DNA of 64,000 nucleotides from the human T2T-CHM13v2.0 reference genome, Homo sapiens. Below are positions 40,090 through 50,988 of the stretch, piece by piece (position 1 is the stretch's first letter; the number at the start of each line of letters is the position of its first letter). The stretch lies in assembly GCF_009914755.1 (NCBI RefSeq), contig NC_060927.1. One strand, given 5' to 3'. A program made the position numbers and the translations under genes. The notes under the pieces were generated by a model. It was given only the letters and a program-made list of their open reading frames with translations, made no database searches and was not told the DNA's origin.

Positions 40090-43000
40090 CTGTCGCTTTA
40101 TTAAGCATCTTAAAGCATCTCATCTTCTATGGACTTCAGGCATCTTTCGGACCCATTTTCTCAATCTATAAGATTTGGGCACATTATTTAACTTCTTTCT
40201 ACCACCCTCTCCTTATCCATAAAATAGGGACAATAATAGTACTGCCTCATAGGGTTAGCTTGACAATCAAAAGATAACCCGTGTAAAGTCCTTAGGATAG
40301 AGCCTGGTGTATAATAAGAGTACAATAACTACTTGGTAGTAAATTAATATAATTACTATGTACCAGTCACTGTGCTTCCTGTTGGAAGTGGCTTCATGGT
40401 CTGCAGCAGAGCCCCAGGGCAGGAGGTAGGAAGGGTGATAACATATTACACATGCTGCATACTGGGGGTCACGTAGGAGGGACCATCCAGAAGCACCTGC
40501 AAGGAGGACCAGGCTAGACTCCACAGAGAAGTTAAAGTTAGGTGAACCAGGCATGTTCCAGATACACCGAATGAGACACAGACCTCCCAGGAAGAACAAA
40601 CCAAGGCACTTAAGGTTTATGTATCATTGGAAAACTGGGGCCTGCTCTTAGTTTATCTAGGTGCATGGGGTGCAGGAGGGGATGACTAGAAATAATACTG
40701 GACAGGTGGATGGCCGTAATCCAGCAGGAAGGATCCCATTTCCCACAGTAAGGAACCTGGTATAACCTAGAACTGAGGGATGCCATCAGAGCACTTAAAC
40801 AGTTGAATTATATGTTTTAACATTGATTCATACTTCAAGATTTGAAAGAATGCCTCTGACTATTTCAGCCTCCATTGATAGCTCCTGTTTCTGACATATT
40901 AGAGTAGGCAGTGATCAAAACACTCAACTTCACTTGTTAATATAAATATAGGGCTTGTGTCACCCTCAGAAAGTTTTATGCATTGCTATTTGTCTCCAGA
41001 ATTAGATCTTAGACTTCCTAAAAGTGGAGACTATTTAAAGTCTTTTGTATTTTCTCACCATGCTGACTTCTCAGAGCTGGAAGGGAACTTTGCAGCCACT
41101 GAGCTCATCCTCTATATTTACTGGTAGAACCTAAGCCAAGGAGCTTGAGAGACTTGCCCAAGACCACACATTTCAGCAGTGGCAGAGCATGCAATCAATC
41201 TTATCTAATAACTGTTGCTTTACCAATATAGTCATTAATAACTGGTTTTTGGAGCTGGCTATGACAGAGCCAGGTAGATGTAAGAAGAATATTTCAACTT
41301 CGAAGTTACCATCCAAACTAAAGCAAATCAGTACCTGGAATGTATTGTACTTAATGTAAAAGAAATCAAGCTGTGAGTGGGGTAAAACTGTTGGTGAGAA
41401 ATTTAATCCTCATACTAAACACTACATTTCTAAAGACCCCCAATGCTCACTCTCTGCCCATTGAGTTCACATGTAAAATGTTAGAGGTGAATGTGGAAAG
41501 TGCTTTGACAAACTACACCATCAGCCAAACTTGGAATAGATGAGGTGAATCTGCATGGCGGCTGGAGTGTGAAGGGAGCTGGCTTCGAGAGTCAATGCAC
41601 GAGGGCTATTAGGCCACAATATGACAGGTATTTCCTCAATTCTTAGATGTCATCATTTAATGGTTTAATATCTTCTCAGAAAAACGAAAATAGTGAGCAT
41701 TTCAATGCTCTTTATTCAATGAACAAGGCATAACTATTTTAGAAAAGTTAAAAGGTAAAAAAGAAAAAATGTCCATTTAAAAATCAAAGATGTAGACCAC
41801 ATGTGAGTAGCAAGGAGGAAACATTTGCTTGTCAAAGGTTCCCTGATGACTTCATTTCAACTCAGAAGTAAAAGCCAGTGCATTATTGGTACAGTGTTAA
41901 ATAGCCAAGGAAATGTCTGTATAGTGGCAACTGACTTTATGGTTAAATGTCAACGGGCAGGAAACTGAGTTGATATGGTGACTGTGCCTCCTAATTTACC
42001 GCCTGTGTGGGCAGACTCTTTGCATCAGAACCACCCCTTTCCCATATAGCATGGACTTTAGATCCTGGCAGAAATGATCAGGGGCACACTGGTTAATTAA
42101 CTTGATGTGCCGCTGTGGAACAGACTGGTAAATCAATACACCTGCTATTACATTCACCTTCAGGCTGCAATTCTGTGTTCCAGTGCTCTCATGACTCCCA
42201 ATTTCTGCATTCCCTGACTAATTGCCATATAAGTAGTGTTGCTCAACCTGGCAACCACATGGATTATTGCTGAAATTCCAGCAGGCACCAGAAAACAAAA
42301 CACACTAAGCAGAGAAATTTTACTAAGAGCACATCAAGGGTGGGATACCTTATGAAAGTCCATTTGGCTTTAAGAGCTTTGGAGACAGAGAGATCTGTAT
42401 GCAGATCTTCATTCTGTAACTTGCTAGCCATTTAACTTTGGGCAAGTTGCCATTTTTCTGTTTTCTCATCTGTAAAATGAGGAAATAACCTAAAATGAAC
42501 ACTCTGAGCTACCTTCCCATCCTACCACGGTACATTACTCTAGTCCATTCACCCTCCCCTGTCTCTGAAATGGTTATTCCACATCTCCCTCTTTCAACTC
42601 TGGACATCTCCTCCCTCCACCTCCCACTGTCTCTGACTCAGGAGACAGACTTTTTCTCTTTATTCACTGAGAATAAAGAAGCAATCAAAAGAGAAAAGCC
42701 ACATCCAGCCAATACCAATTCCACCAACTCTTCTCCATCTTTCTCCTTATGGTGGCCTGCCTCACTCCAATTTAAAGGCAACCCTTCTTCTCAACTACCC
42801 ACGGACATGGCTCCAGCATGCCCCTTTCTCTCTTATGCATCGTCAGATTTAATACATGCTGGAGTAAGCTCCTGTATTTAAACAAAACATGACAGAAAAA
42901 AAAAACTCCCTGGATGCTACATTTCCCTTCAGATATTGCCTCTTTTCACTAATCTTCTTTATAGCAAAGCTTCTCAAAACAACTGTCCATGTTCACTACC

Positions 43001-44137
43001 TCTGCTCACTTTTCTTCCAGCCGTCCTCTCCTGAAACCTCCTCAGTTAGGTTTTCACACTCACCACTTCACTGAATCTACTATTATTAAGGTCCTCCAAA
43101 GACATTCCCATTACCAAATACAATAACCAATTCCTAAACCTCTCCTTACTTGACGTTATTATTTAAGATTCATTTCATGCTTTTGGCTATTCTCTCTTCT
43201 TTGAATCATTTTCTTCCCTCAGCTTCTAACACACTCCTCTCTTTGAGTCTTCTCCTTCCTCACCAGCCTTTCCTTCTCAAGTCCCTTTGCTTGTCCTTAC
43301 CAATCTTCTTGTCCTCTAAATACTGGAATGCCCCAGAGTTCTGTCCTCAGATCACTTCTCCTCCATGTCTGCACTTCACTGCCTGTGTAGTGATCTCATC
43401 TAGTCTCATGGTTTTAAATACCATCAATATGCTAATTACTCCCAAGGTATTACTCCAGCTTGGACCTTTCCCTGGAATCCCAGAATCATATATCCAGCTG
43501 CTTAACTGGCAGTGCCACTTGAATTCCAAATAAGCATTTCAAACTTATTCAAAACTCAACTCCAAATTCAGCCGTATCTTACCATAACTATACAAGGCCA
43601 AGCTAAAATTACTTCTGATCAGGATTATCGCAAGAGTCTCCTCTCCCAACTTGTCTCCCTGTTTCCATCTTGCCTTCCTACAGTCAGTATTCCACACAGC
43701 TGCTAGAGTGACCCTTTTAAATAAAAGTCAGAGCCTGTCACTTCCCTGTTCAAAACCATCACCCTTAGGATAAATTCCAAAGCCCATGCCATGACCTACA
43801 AGGTCCAGCAAGAAGCTACCCTTGACATCTCTGCTCTTTCTCTCCCCCATCGTTCTTAACCAGACGCACCGACCTCCCAGTGCTTCTCAGATACCCTGCC
43901 CTTGATCTCTTGTTGGGGCCACTGCCCACAATGCTCTTCTCCAGCATAGCTCAAACACTCACTGCTTACTTCATGTCTCTGTTCCATTGTCACTGGTTAG
44001 AGAAGCCTTCCTTGTCACCTTCTAATGCCCAGCTCTAGCCTTATTTTCCTTTGTACCTCCTCTCCCTGTCCAAATTTATATTATTTACCACTCTGATTAT
44101 CTACCTATAATCTATCTCCACCCACTAGACCTTAAAA

Positions 44138-45206
44138 TTGACAAATGGGACCTAATTAAACTAAAGAGCTTCTGCACAGCAAAACAAACTACCATCAGAG
44201 TGAACAGGCAACCTACAAAATGGAAGAAAATTTCCGCAACCTACTCATCTGAAAAGGGCTAATATCCAGAATCTACAATGAACTCAAACAAATTTACAAG
44301 AAAAAAACAAACAACCCCATCAAAAAGTGGGCAAAGGACATGAACAGACACTTCTCAAAAGAAGACATTTATGCAGCCAAAAAACACATGAAAAAATGCT
44401 CACCATCACTGGCCATCAGAGAAATGCAAATCAAAACCACAATGAGATACCATCTCACACCAGTGAGAATGGCGATCATTAAAAAGTCAGGAAACAACAG
44501 GTGCTGGAGAGGATGTGGAGAAACAGGAACACTTTTACACTGTTGGTGGGACTGTAAACTAGTTCAACCATTGTGGAAGTCAGTGTGGCGATTCCTCAGG
44601 GATCTAGAACTAGAAATACCATTTGACCCAGCCATCCCATTACTGGGTATATACCCAAAGGATTATAAATCATGCTGCTATAAAGACACATGCACACGTA
44701 TGTTTATTGCGGCACTATTCACAATAGCAAAGACTTGGAACCAACCAAAATGTCCAACAATGTTAGACTGGATTAAGAAAATGTGGCACATATACACCAT
44801 GGAATACTATGCAGCCATAAAAAATGATGAGTTCATGTCCTTTGTAGGGACATGGATGAAATTGGAAATCATCATTCTCAGTAAACTACCGCAAGGACAA
44901 AAAAACCAAACACCACATGTTCTCACTCATAGGTGGGAATTGAACAATGAGAACACATGGACACAGGAAGGGGAACATCACACTCTGGGGACTGTTGTGG
45001 GGTGGGGGGAGGGGGGAGGGATAGCATTAGGAGATATACCTAATGCTAAATGACGAGTTAATGGGTTCAGCACCCCAGCATGGCACATGTATACATATGT
45101 AACTAACCTGCACATTGTGCACATGTACCCTAAAACTTAAGGTATAATAATAATACAATAAAAAAATAAAAATAAAAAAACTCACTTATTAAAAGACAAA
45201 AAAAAA
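44138..45206 (+). mobile_element. 5'-truncated young L1 (L1PA2/PA3-like): ORF2 C-terminus, 3'UTR, poly(A)
   Basis: ORF-track entry 44340..45053 is the L1 ORF2 C-terminus (frameshifted near its end). G-rich 3'UTR; GACGAG rather than the Ta-diagnostic ACA; TSD ACCTTAAAA at 44129-44137 and 45207-45215. Confidence 0.96.
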
Positions 45207-45301
45207 ACCTTAAAAGGAAGGTTTTAATCCTCTTTTTACTGCCGTAGCCCCCAAATCAAGGTCTATGCCTAGCTCAGAGCAGTACCCATGATATTCATTG
45301 A

Positions 45302-45305
<4 letters not shown>

Positions 45306-45340
<35 letters not shown>

Positions 45341-45604
45341 TAGATGAGTTTGCCCAGGCTGGAGTGCAATGGTGTGATCTTGGTTCACTGCAACCTTGCC
45401 TCCCAGGTTCAAGCAATTCTCCTGCCTCAGCCTCCTGAGTAGCTGGGATTATAGGCATGTGCCACCACACCCAGCTAATTTTGTATTTTTAGTAGAGACA
45501 GGGTTTCTCCATGTTGGTCAGGCTGGTCTCGAACTCCCAACCTCAGGTGATCCGCCCACCTCCCTAAGTGCTGGGATGACAGGCGTGAGCCACCGCACCC
45601 GGCC
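45306..45604 (-). mobile_element. AluSp-like with (TTA)n tail
   Basis: gggtttctccatgttggtcaggctgg; flanks attgagttatt / attgaattatt. Confidence 0.92.
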
Positions 45605-47635
45605 TGATTGAATTATTTAATGAATGAATGATACCCTATCCACAAGGTTGCTAGGATGATTACATGAAGTAAATGATATAGAGTAGTTTCAAGTACATGG
45701 TAAGGTTCTGAAGAATATCTGTTTCTTTTACCATTATTATTATAAACAAAATGGAGCTGGGCCATGGCACTGGTACATGGAAGCTAATCATTTTGTAACA
45801 TCTGTAACATTTTGTAACATCAGGGTTTGCTTCTATTTCTGCATTTCATATGTTCTCATCTGGCCTCTGCTCTTTTAGGGATAATTAGAGAAAGCATGTT
45901 CCTTTGAGTTCATGTCTGGGGCTTAATTTAACTTGTAGGTATTTCTTTTAAGATTCCCACTTGAACAAGTCACATTAACTTCCAAAACAAATTCTCCAGC
46001 TCTAGAGGCAGGCAGGGTCCGATGGCTTCATACAATTTCCAAGCCACATCCCCCAGAGCAAGAAAAATGTGGCAGGTTTCCTGGCATCATACTTGAACAT
46101 CATACATAAACTTCCAGGGAACACAGAACACCACACCACATATGACGAAGGGTTTGAAAGGAGAAGTAAAGCACATGAGCACAGGAGGGAGACAAGATTG
46201 GATGTGTGTAAGCATCCTCCCCGTCACTTTCCCTGTCCTGGCAGCAGAGGCCAAGCAGTGACATTTGATGCTTTCCTTTGATAAACAGGGCATGCATGCT
46301 CTTTTATCACTTTTTAGAAATTTGAAATATATAAAATGAAAGAAATAGTTCCCCAAAAAGCAGATTTGCTTTCCTGCTCCACATCCTCACTGATGGCCAG
46401 AAGTATTGTCATCTCCCTGGAGGTGGGTGATGACTCTCCTCCACTCCTCCATCCATCCCCTAAAGACCCACCAGCAGTGGAAAGAGCATGGGGACGGGGA
46501 TTGGAGGAAGGCAGATTCAATTTGAACCCTGGTCTTGATTCACAGAATCTGTGTGACCTTAGGCAAGTTGCTTAACCACCCTCAGCTTCCATTTCTCCAG
46601 GGGTAAAATTGCATCTTCACTGAATGGTTGGGAGGATTAAGATAGGTCGCCTGGTGAAGCACTTAGCTCAGCTCCGTATTCCTAGCTCCTTGGTTCCCCA
46701 CTTTTGTCCCCCATCATCCACCATCCACTTATATCCTGTGGAGTTCTCAGAGGGCTCTCCCACACATTATCCTCTGTGTCCTTCATGACAGGGTGGGTGT
46801 TATTCTGATTTTGAGACATGAGTAGTCAATTTATTGAATCATCTGAACTCAGTAGGGAGCAAACAGTAAATGATTTTGATTTTTCTGTGTGATGGTGTTT
46901 ACTTTGATAAACCTCTCCCTGAGTTGCACATCCCATGACAAAACCTTGGCAGATTCTTTACCTTCCTGTTCATTTTAATGTATTAAATGTCCTTCTAAAA
47001 TAAAACTCCAGTCTTACCTCCTGTGTAAGCCTCCCTTCCTCCAGCATCAGTCCAGTTTATAGCCTGAAGGACTTGAAGTGAAGAGGGTCTGTACTGCTCC
47101 TTTGCTGCATCCAGGTCCTCACCTCAAAGTGGCTCAATCTCAATGAATGATTGTCTCATAGCCCCTTCTCACTTAGCTTTTTCAGAGATGAGGTGTCCTC
47201 TTCAAAACCAATGCTATGCTCCCAAGGACACAGGACTCACTGCCCTGTATCCATCAAGATACACTAGCTTATGCCTCAGCAACAAGCAACTCCACAATAA
47301 CTCAGGGACACCTCCTTCTTCCCCCTTCTTTGACAGTTCTGACTCCTCTGTTAGTTTGAGCTGTAGGGCAGAGGGAAAGGGACAAAAGTCTTAGCTGGCT
47401 CACTCTTTCTGACCTTTCTGCAGGTTGTTACAGCGTCTCTGGCTAGCCTTTTCTAGCTGATGTTGCCCTATTAGCAGCCCTAGTGGGGCTTTTCAGAGGG
47501 CTTTGCAGGGCCTCTTTTTTGTATGGCTCCCTGAAGTGGACAGCTGGCTTCACACAACCACACCTGACTTCAGGAGGGCAAATAAGTACAATCCCACCAC
47601 ATGCATAGCATGCAGGAGGGTGGGGAGAACAGCAT

Positions 47636-48127
47636 TGTACCAGTTATCTATTGCTGTGTACACGCAATAGATACCTAATTTAATGACTTAGAACACCAGT
47701 CATCTTTTTAGTTGAAGAGTGTGTGGGTTGACAATTTGACAAGGACTCAGCTGGACAGTACTTCTGGTCCATCTAGACTCCCTTATGCCTGCAGGACAGC
47801 AGGGTGGCTCTGCTTCTGGACTCTATCCTAGAGTGGCAGGGAATTGACTGGACCATGTGTCTCATAATCCTTCAGGCTACATTGGGCAGTTTGGTAGGTT
47901 TCTAGAGGGAGGACAGAAGTATGCAAGGCCTCTTAAGGCCTGGGCTTGGAACTGCCTTAAAATTACTTCTGCTGCCTTCTATTGGTTAAATTTCAGAAAT
48001 CAACAATATTCAAGGAGTGGGAAACTAGGCTCCACTTTTGATAGATTGAGATGCAAATTCACATTGCAAAGTGCCTGGATAAGGGAAAGGGGAGAGAACT
48101 GCAGTCTTTTTGTAGTCTACCCCAAAC
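47636..48127 (-). mobile_element. MaLR LTR (MLT1F/H-like)
   Basis: tgtaccagttatctattgctgtgta...gcaaggcctcttaaggcctgggcttggaactg...ttctattgg. Confidence 0.65.
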
Positions 48128-48294
48128 ACTAATGACCACCATATCTTCCTGGACTTTTGAAGTGGAACTTAGGGGGTTAAGACAGAGGTGGCTGGGCTTG
48201 GCAAGGCCATGTAAACTTGCCTGATATATTGTGTAGGGGGAGTCTGACCACACTTATGGAGACCCTTATTAGACAAGAGTACTGAGCACCATTT

Positions 48295-49648
48295 GTTTCT
48301 TTTTCTCTTTTTAAATTACTTTTATGATTTTATTTTTAATTGACATAAAATAATTGTACCTATTTATGGAGTACATAGTGATTTTGTAACACATGTAAAG
48401 TATAGTGATCACATCAGGGTAATTAGCATATCCATAACATCAAACATTTATCATTTTTTTGTGTTGGGAACATTCAAAAGTATCCTCCTTCTAGCTATTT
48501 GAAACTATATAATGTATTGTTGTTAACTATAGTTATCCTACAGTGCTATAGAGCACTAGAACTTATTCTTCCTATCTAGCTGTCATTTTTTAGTAAAAAA
48601 TCTCTCCCTATCCTCCCTTCTCCCTGTGCTTGCCAGTCTCTAGTATCCTCTGTTCTACTTTTAACTTCTACGAGATCAACTTTTTTTAGCTTCCACATAT
48701 GAGTGAGAACATGCAGCATTTAACTTTCTTTTCCTGGCTTATTTTATTTAACATAATGTCCTCCTGTCCCATCCATGTTGCCACAAATGACAGAGTTTCA
48801 TTCTTTTTTATGGCTGAATAGTATTTCATCATGTACATGTACCATATTTCCTTTATCCATTCATTGTGTTGTTGGACCCATAGATTGACTCCATATCTTG
48901 GCTATTGTGAATAGTGCTACAATTAACATGGGGGTGCAGATGTCTCCTCAGTATAATGATTCCCTTTCCTTTAGATAAATTCCCAGCAGTGGGATTGCTG
49001 AATCACATGGTAGTTCTATTTGTAGCTTTTAGAGGAACCCCCATACTGTTCTTCATAGTGGTTGCACTAGTTTACATTCCCACAAACAAAATGTCTATGA
49101 GTTCCCTTTTCTCTGCATTTGTTATTTTTGTCTTTTTGATAACAGCCATTGTAACTGGAGTGAGATGATACTTCACTGTGGTTTTGATTTGCATTTCCCT
49201 GATGATTAGTGATGTTGAACTTTTAAAATATATTTGTCAGCCATTTGTATGTCTTCTTTTGAGAAATGTCTGTTCAGATCATTTTCTCATTTTTAAATTG
49301 GATTGTTTGGAGGTTTGTGTTTTTTTTGCCATTGAGATGCTTGAGTTTCTTGTATATTCTAGATATTAATCTCCTGTCTGATGCATATTGTGCAAATACT
49401 TTTTCCCATTCTATAGGTTGTCTCTTCACTCTGTGTCAGTGGGGATAGTGCCATGCACACAGCAGATCTCACCCCCACAGCCTGGATCTGCATGATCCAT
49501 TGATCATAAGAGAGACTGGTCCATCATTGCATTGCAGTTCTAGAAACTAAAACGATCACTTTCTTTCAAGACCAAGAGTTTATGGAGCAAAAGTGCTGAC
49601 AGCTTCTTCCAGTTTCCTTTGCTGTGTAGAAGCTTTTTAGTTTGATAT
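48295..49648 (-). mobile_element. 5'-truncated L1MA 3' end, carrying the STAC junction duplicate near its 5' end
   Basis: taattgtacctatttatggagtacatagtga...gttttgatttgcatttccctgatgattagtgatgttga; TSD-like ctgagcaccattt (48282) / ctgagcatctttt (49649). Confidence 0.9.
49433..49612 (+). pseudogene. Degenerate direct duplicate of the STAC intron 1/exon 2 junction (105 nt intron + 75 nt exon), inserted in an L1MA
   Basis: Ungapped hand alignment to 50607-50786 (offset 1174) gives 162/180 identities. AG acceptor retained at 49536-49537; in-frame TAG at 49541-49543. Confidence 0.95.
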
Positions 49649-50111
49649 CTGAGCATCTTTTTTCTGCAGCTCTGGGCCATACATGTTTATTCCAGGCAAA
49701 AGAAAGAACTCCCATGGATATTCAATTACAAAAAGAAACCACCTTAAAGGTGAAGTGACTTGTTGCTGGGTGAAAAGAAAAACTATGTACTAAGGACTAG
49801 GGATGAGAAAGCAGAGTAAACAGGAGAGACTTTTAAAAGGCCACTGTGGGGATGGACAGAGCAAGGTGCACCATGGTGCAAGCTGTCATCAGAGTCCAGA
49901 ATCTTCCAGTTCCTGGAGCCAGAATAGAGGGGTAGATTAAACTCAAACCCAGTCCTGCCAGAATCTTGTGCTTTTCCAAACCTGTTTTGGTGCTTTTTTA
50001 TAAGTCCCAGAGGCAAAGGAGAAATGGTCTAGTTTGTCATGGCCAAAACAAGAGGGAGGGCAGCAGGAAGAGCAGATAAAGTCAAAAGGATAATACAATA
50101 TGTCCTATGTC

Positions 50112-50113
<2 letters not shown>

Positions 50114-50150
<37 letters not shown>
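50114..50150 (+). repeat. (CA)n microsatellite
   Basis: Perfect AC run. Others at about 54992-55031, 62962-62989 (GT) and 63250-63287. Confidence 0.97.
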
Positions 50151-50156
<6 letters not shown>

Positions 50157-50711
50157 ACTTATCCATATGCTTCAGACCCAAGCAGACTTGAGAGTTCCTG
50201 GTTTGTGTCCTGTGGATAGTTTAGCGAGATTGATTTTGAGCCAGACAATAGACTCTTCTGCTTTGCTGTGTGCAGAGACAAGTGGCTGTTAAGTGATCAT
50301 AAGAGAGAAAGGCCAGCTTTACACATGTAGCCTTTGAGCCCATGAGTTTGTATACTTAATATTTCCAATGATTCAAATTCAAAAGGCAAATTATATCAAA
50401 ATCCAATGTGGTGGGACACTTTTACAGCACACTGGTAGGACTTTAAGGAGGCAGGGGAGGAGGAGCAGGGGCAGAATCAAAGGCAAAATAGGACCTCTTT
50501 CTGCTCATCTGGCTTAGTGGCAGGGGCGGGGGAAATTCCCTCTTTACTAGGCACTGCCATCACCCCACCCACACAGGGACATTTATGAGCCTCCTCAAGA
50601 CTGAGGGTGTCAGTGGGGACTGTGTAGTGCACACAGCAGACCTTACCCCCACAGCCTAGGTCTGCTTGATCCATTGATCGTAAGAGAGACTGTTCTGTCA
50701 TTGCATTGCAG

Positions 50712-50988
50712 CTCCAGAAACTAAAACGATCACTTTCTTTCAAGACCAAGAGTTTACGGAGCAAAAGTGCTGACAACTTCTTCCAGCGAACCAACAGCGA
50801 AGACATGAAACTGCAAGCACACATGGTGGCTGAGATCAGCCCCAGCTCCAGCCCACTCCCTGCTCCAGGAAGCCTGACGTCCACACCCGCCAGGGCTGGT
50901 CTGCATCCAGGTGGCAAGGCTCATGCCTTTCAGGAATACATCTTCAAGAAGCCCACTTTCTGTGATGTCTGCAACCACATGATAGTGG
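50712..50988 (+). CDS. STAC: STAC (STAC1) coding exon 2, 277 nt, phase 0 to phase 1; basic/Ser-rich N-terminal region plus first half of the C1 zinc-finger domain
   Basis: Acceptor ...tcattgcattgcAG at 50710-50711 and donor G|GTAAGG at 50989. Translation LQKLKRSLSFKTKSLRSKSADNFFQRTNSEDMKLQAHMVAEISPSSSPLPAPGSLTSTPARAGLHPGGKAHAFQEYIFKKPTFCDVCNHMIV-G matches the human STAC protein as I recall it. H-x12-C-x2-C marks the C1 domain start. The ORF-track entry 50706..51038 runs past both splice sites. Confidence 0.96.

Larger units (their letters stand above)
42500..45630 (+). mobile_element. L2 (sense), interrupted by L1PA2/3 and AluSp, itself inside a MIR
   Basis: ttcactgagaataaagaagcaatcaaaagaga, tctcatggttttaaataccatc, cccttaggataaattccaaa and terminal tgaatgaatg. 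Confidence 0.7.

Noticed and set aside
44340-45053. 237-aa ORF as a functional gene
   Set aside because: C-terminal fragment of L1 ORF2 in a 5'-truncated copy, frameshifted near its end.
49433-49612. Processed pseudogene, STAC2/STAC3 paralogue or assembly artefact as the explanation for the duplicate
   Set aside because: It contains intron sequence, has no poly(A), matches the local intron at 87%, and 10% divergence is too high for an assembly duplication.
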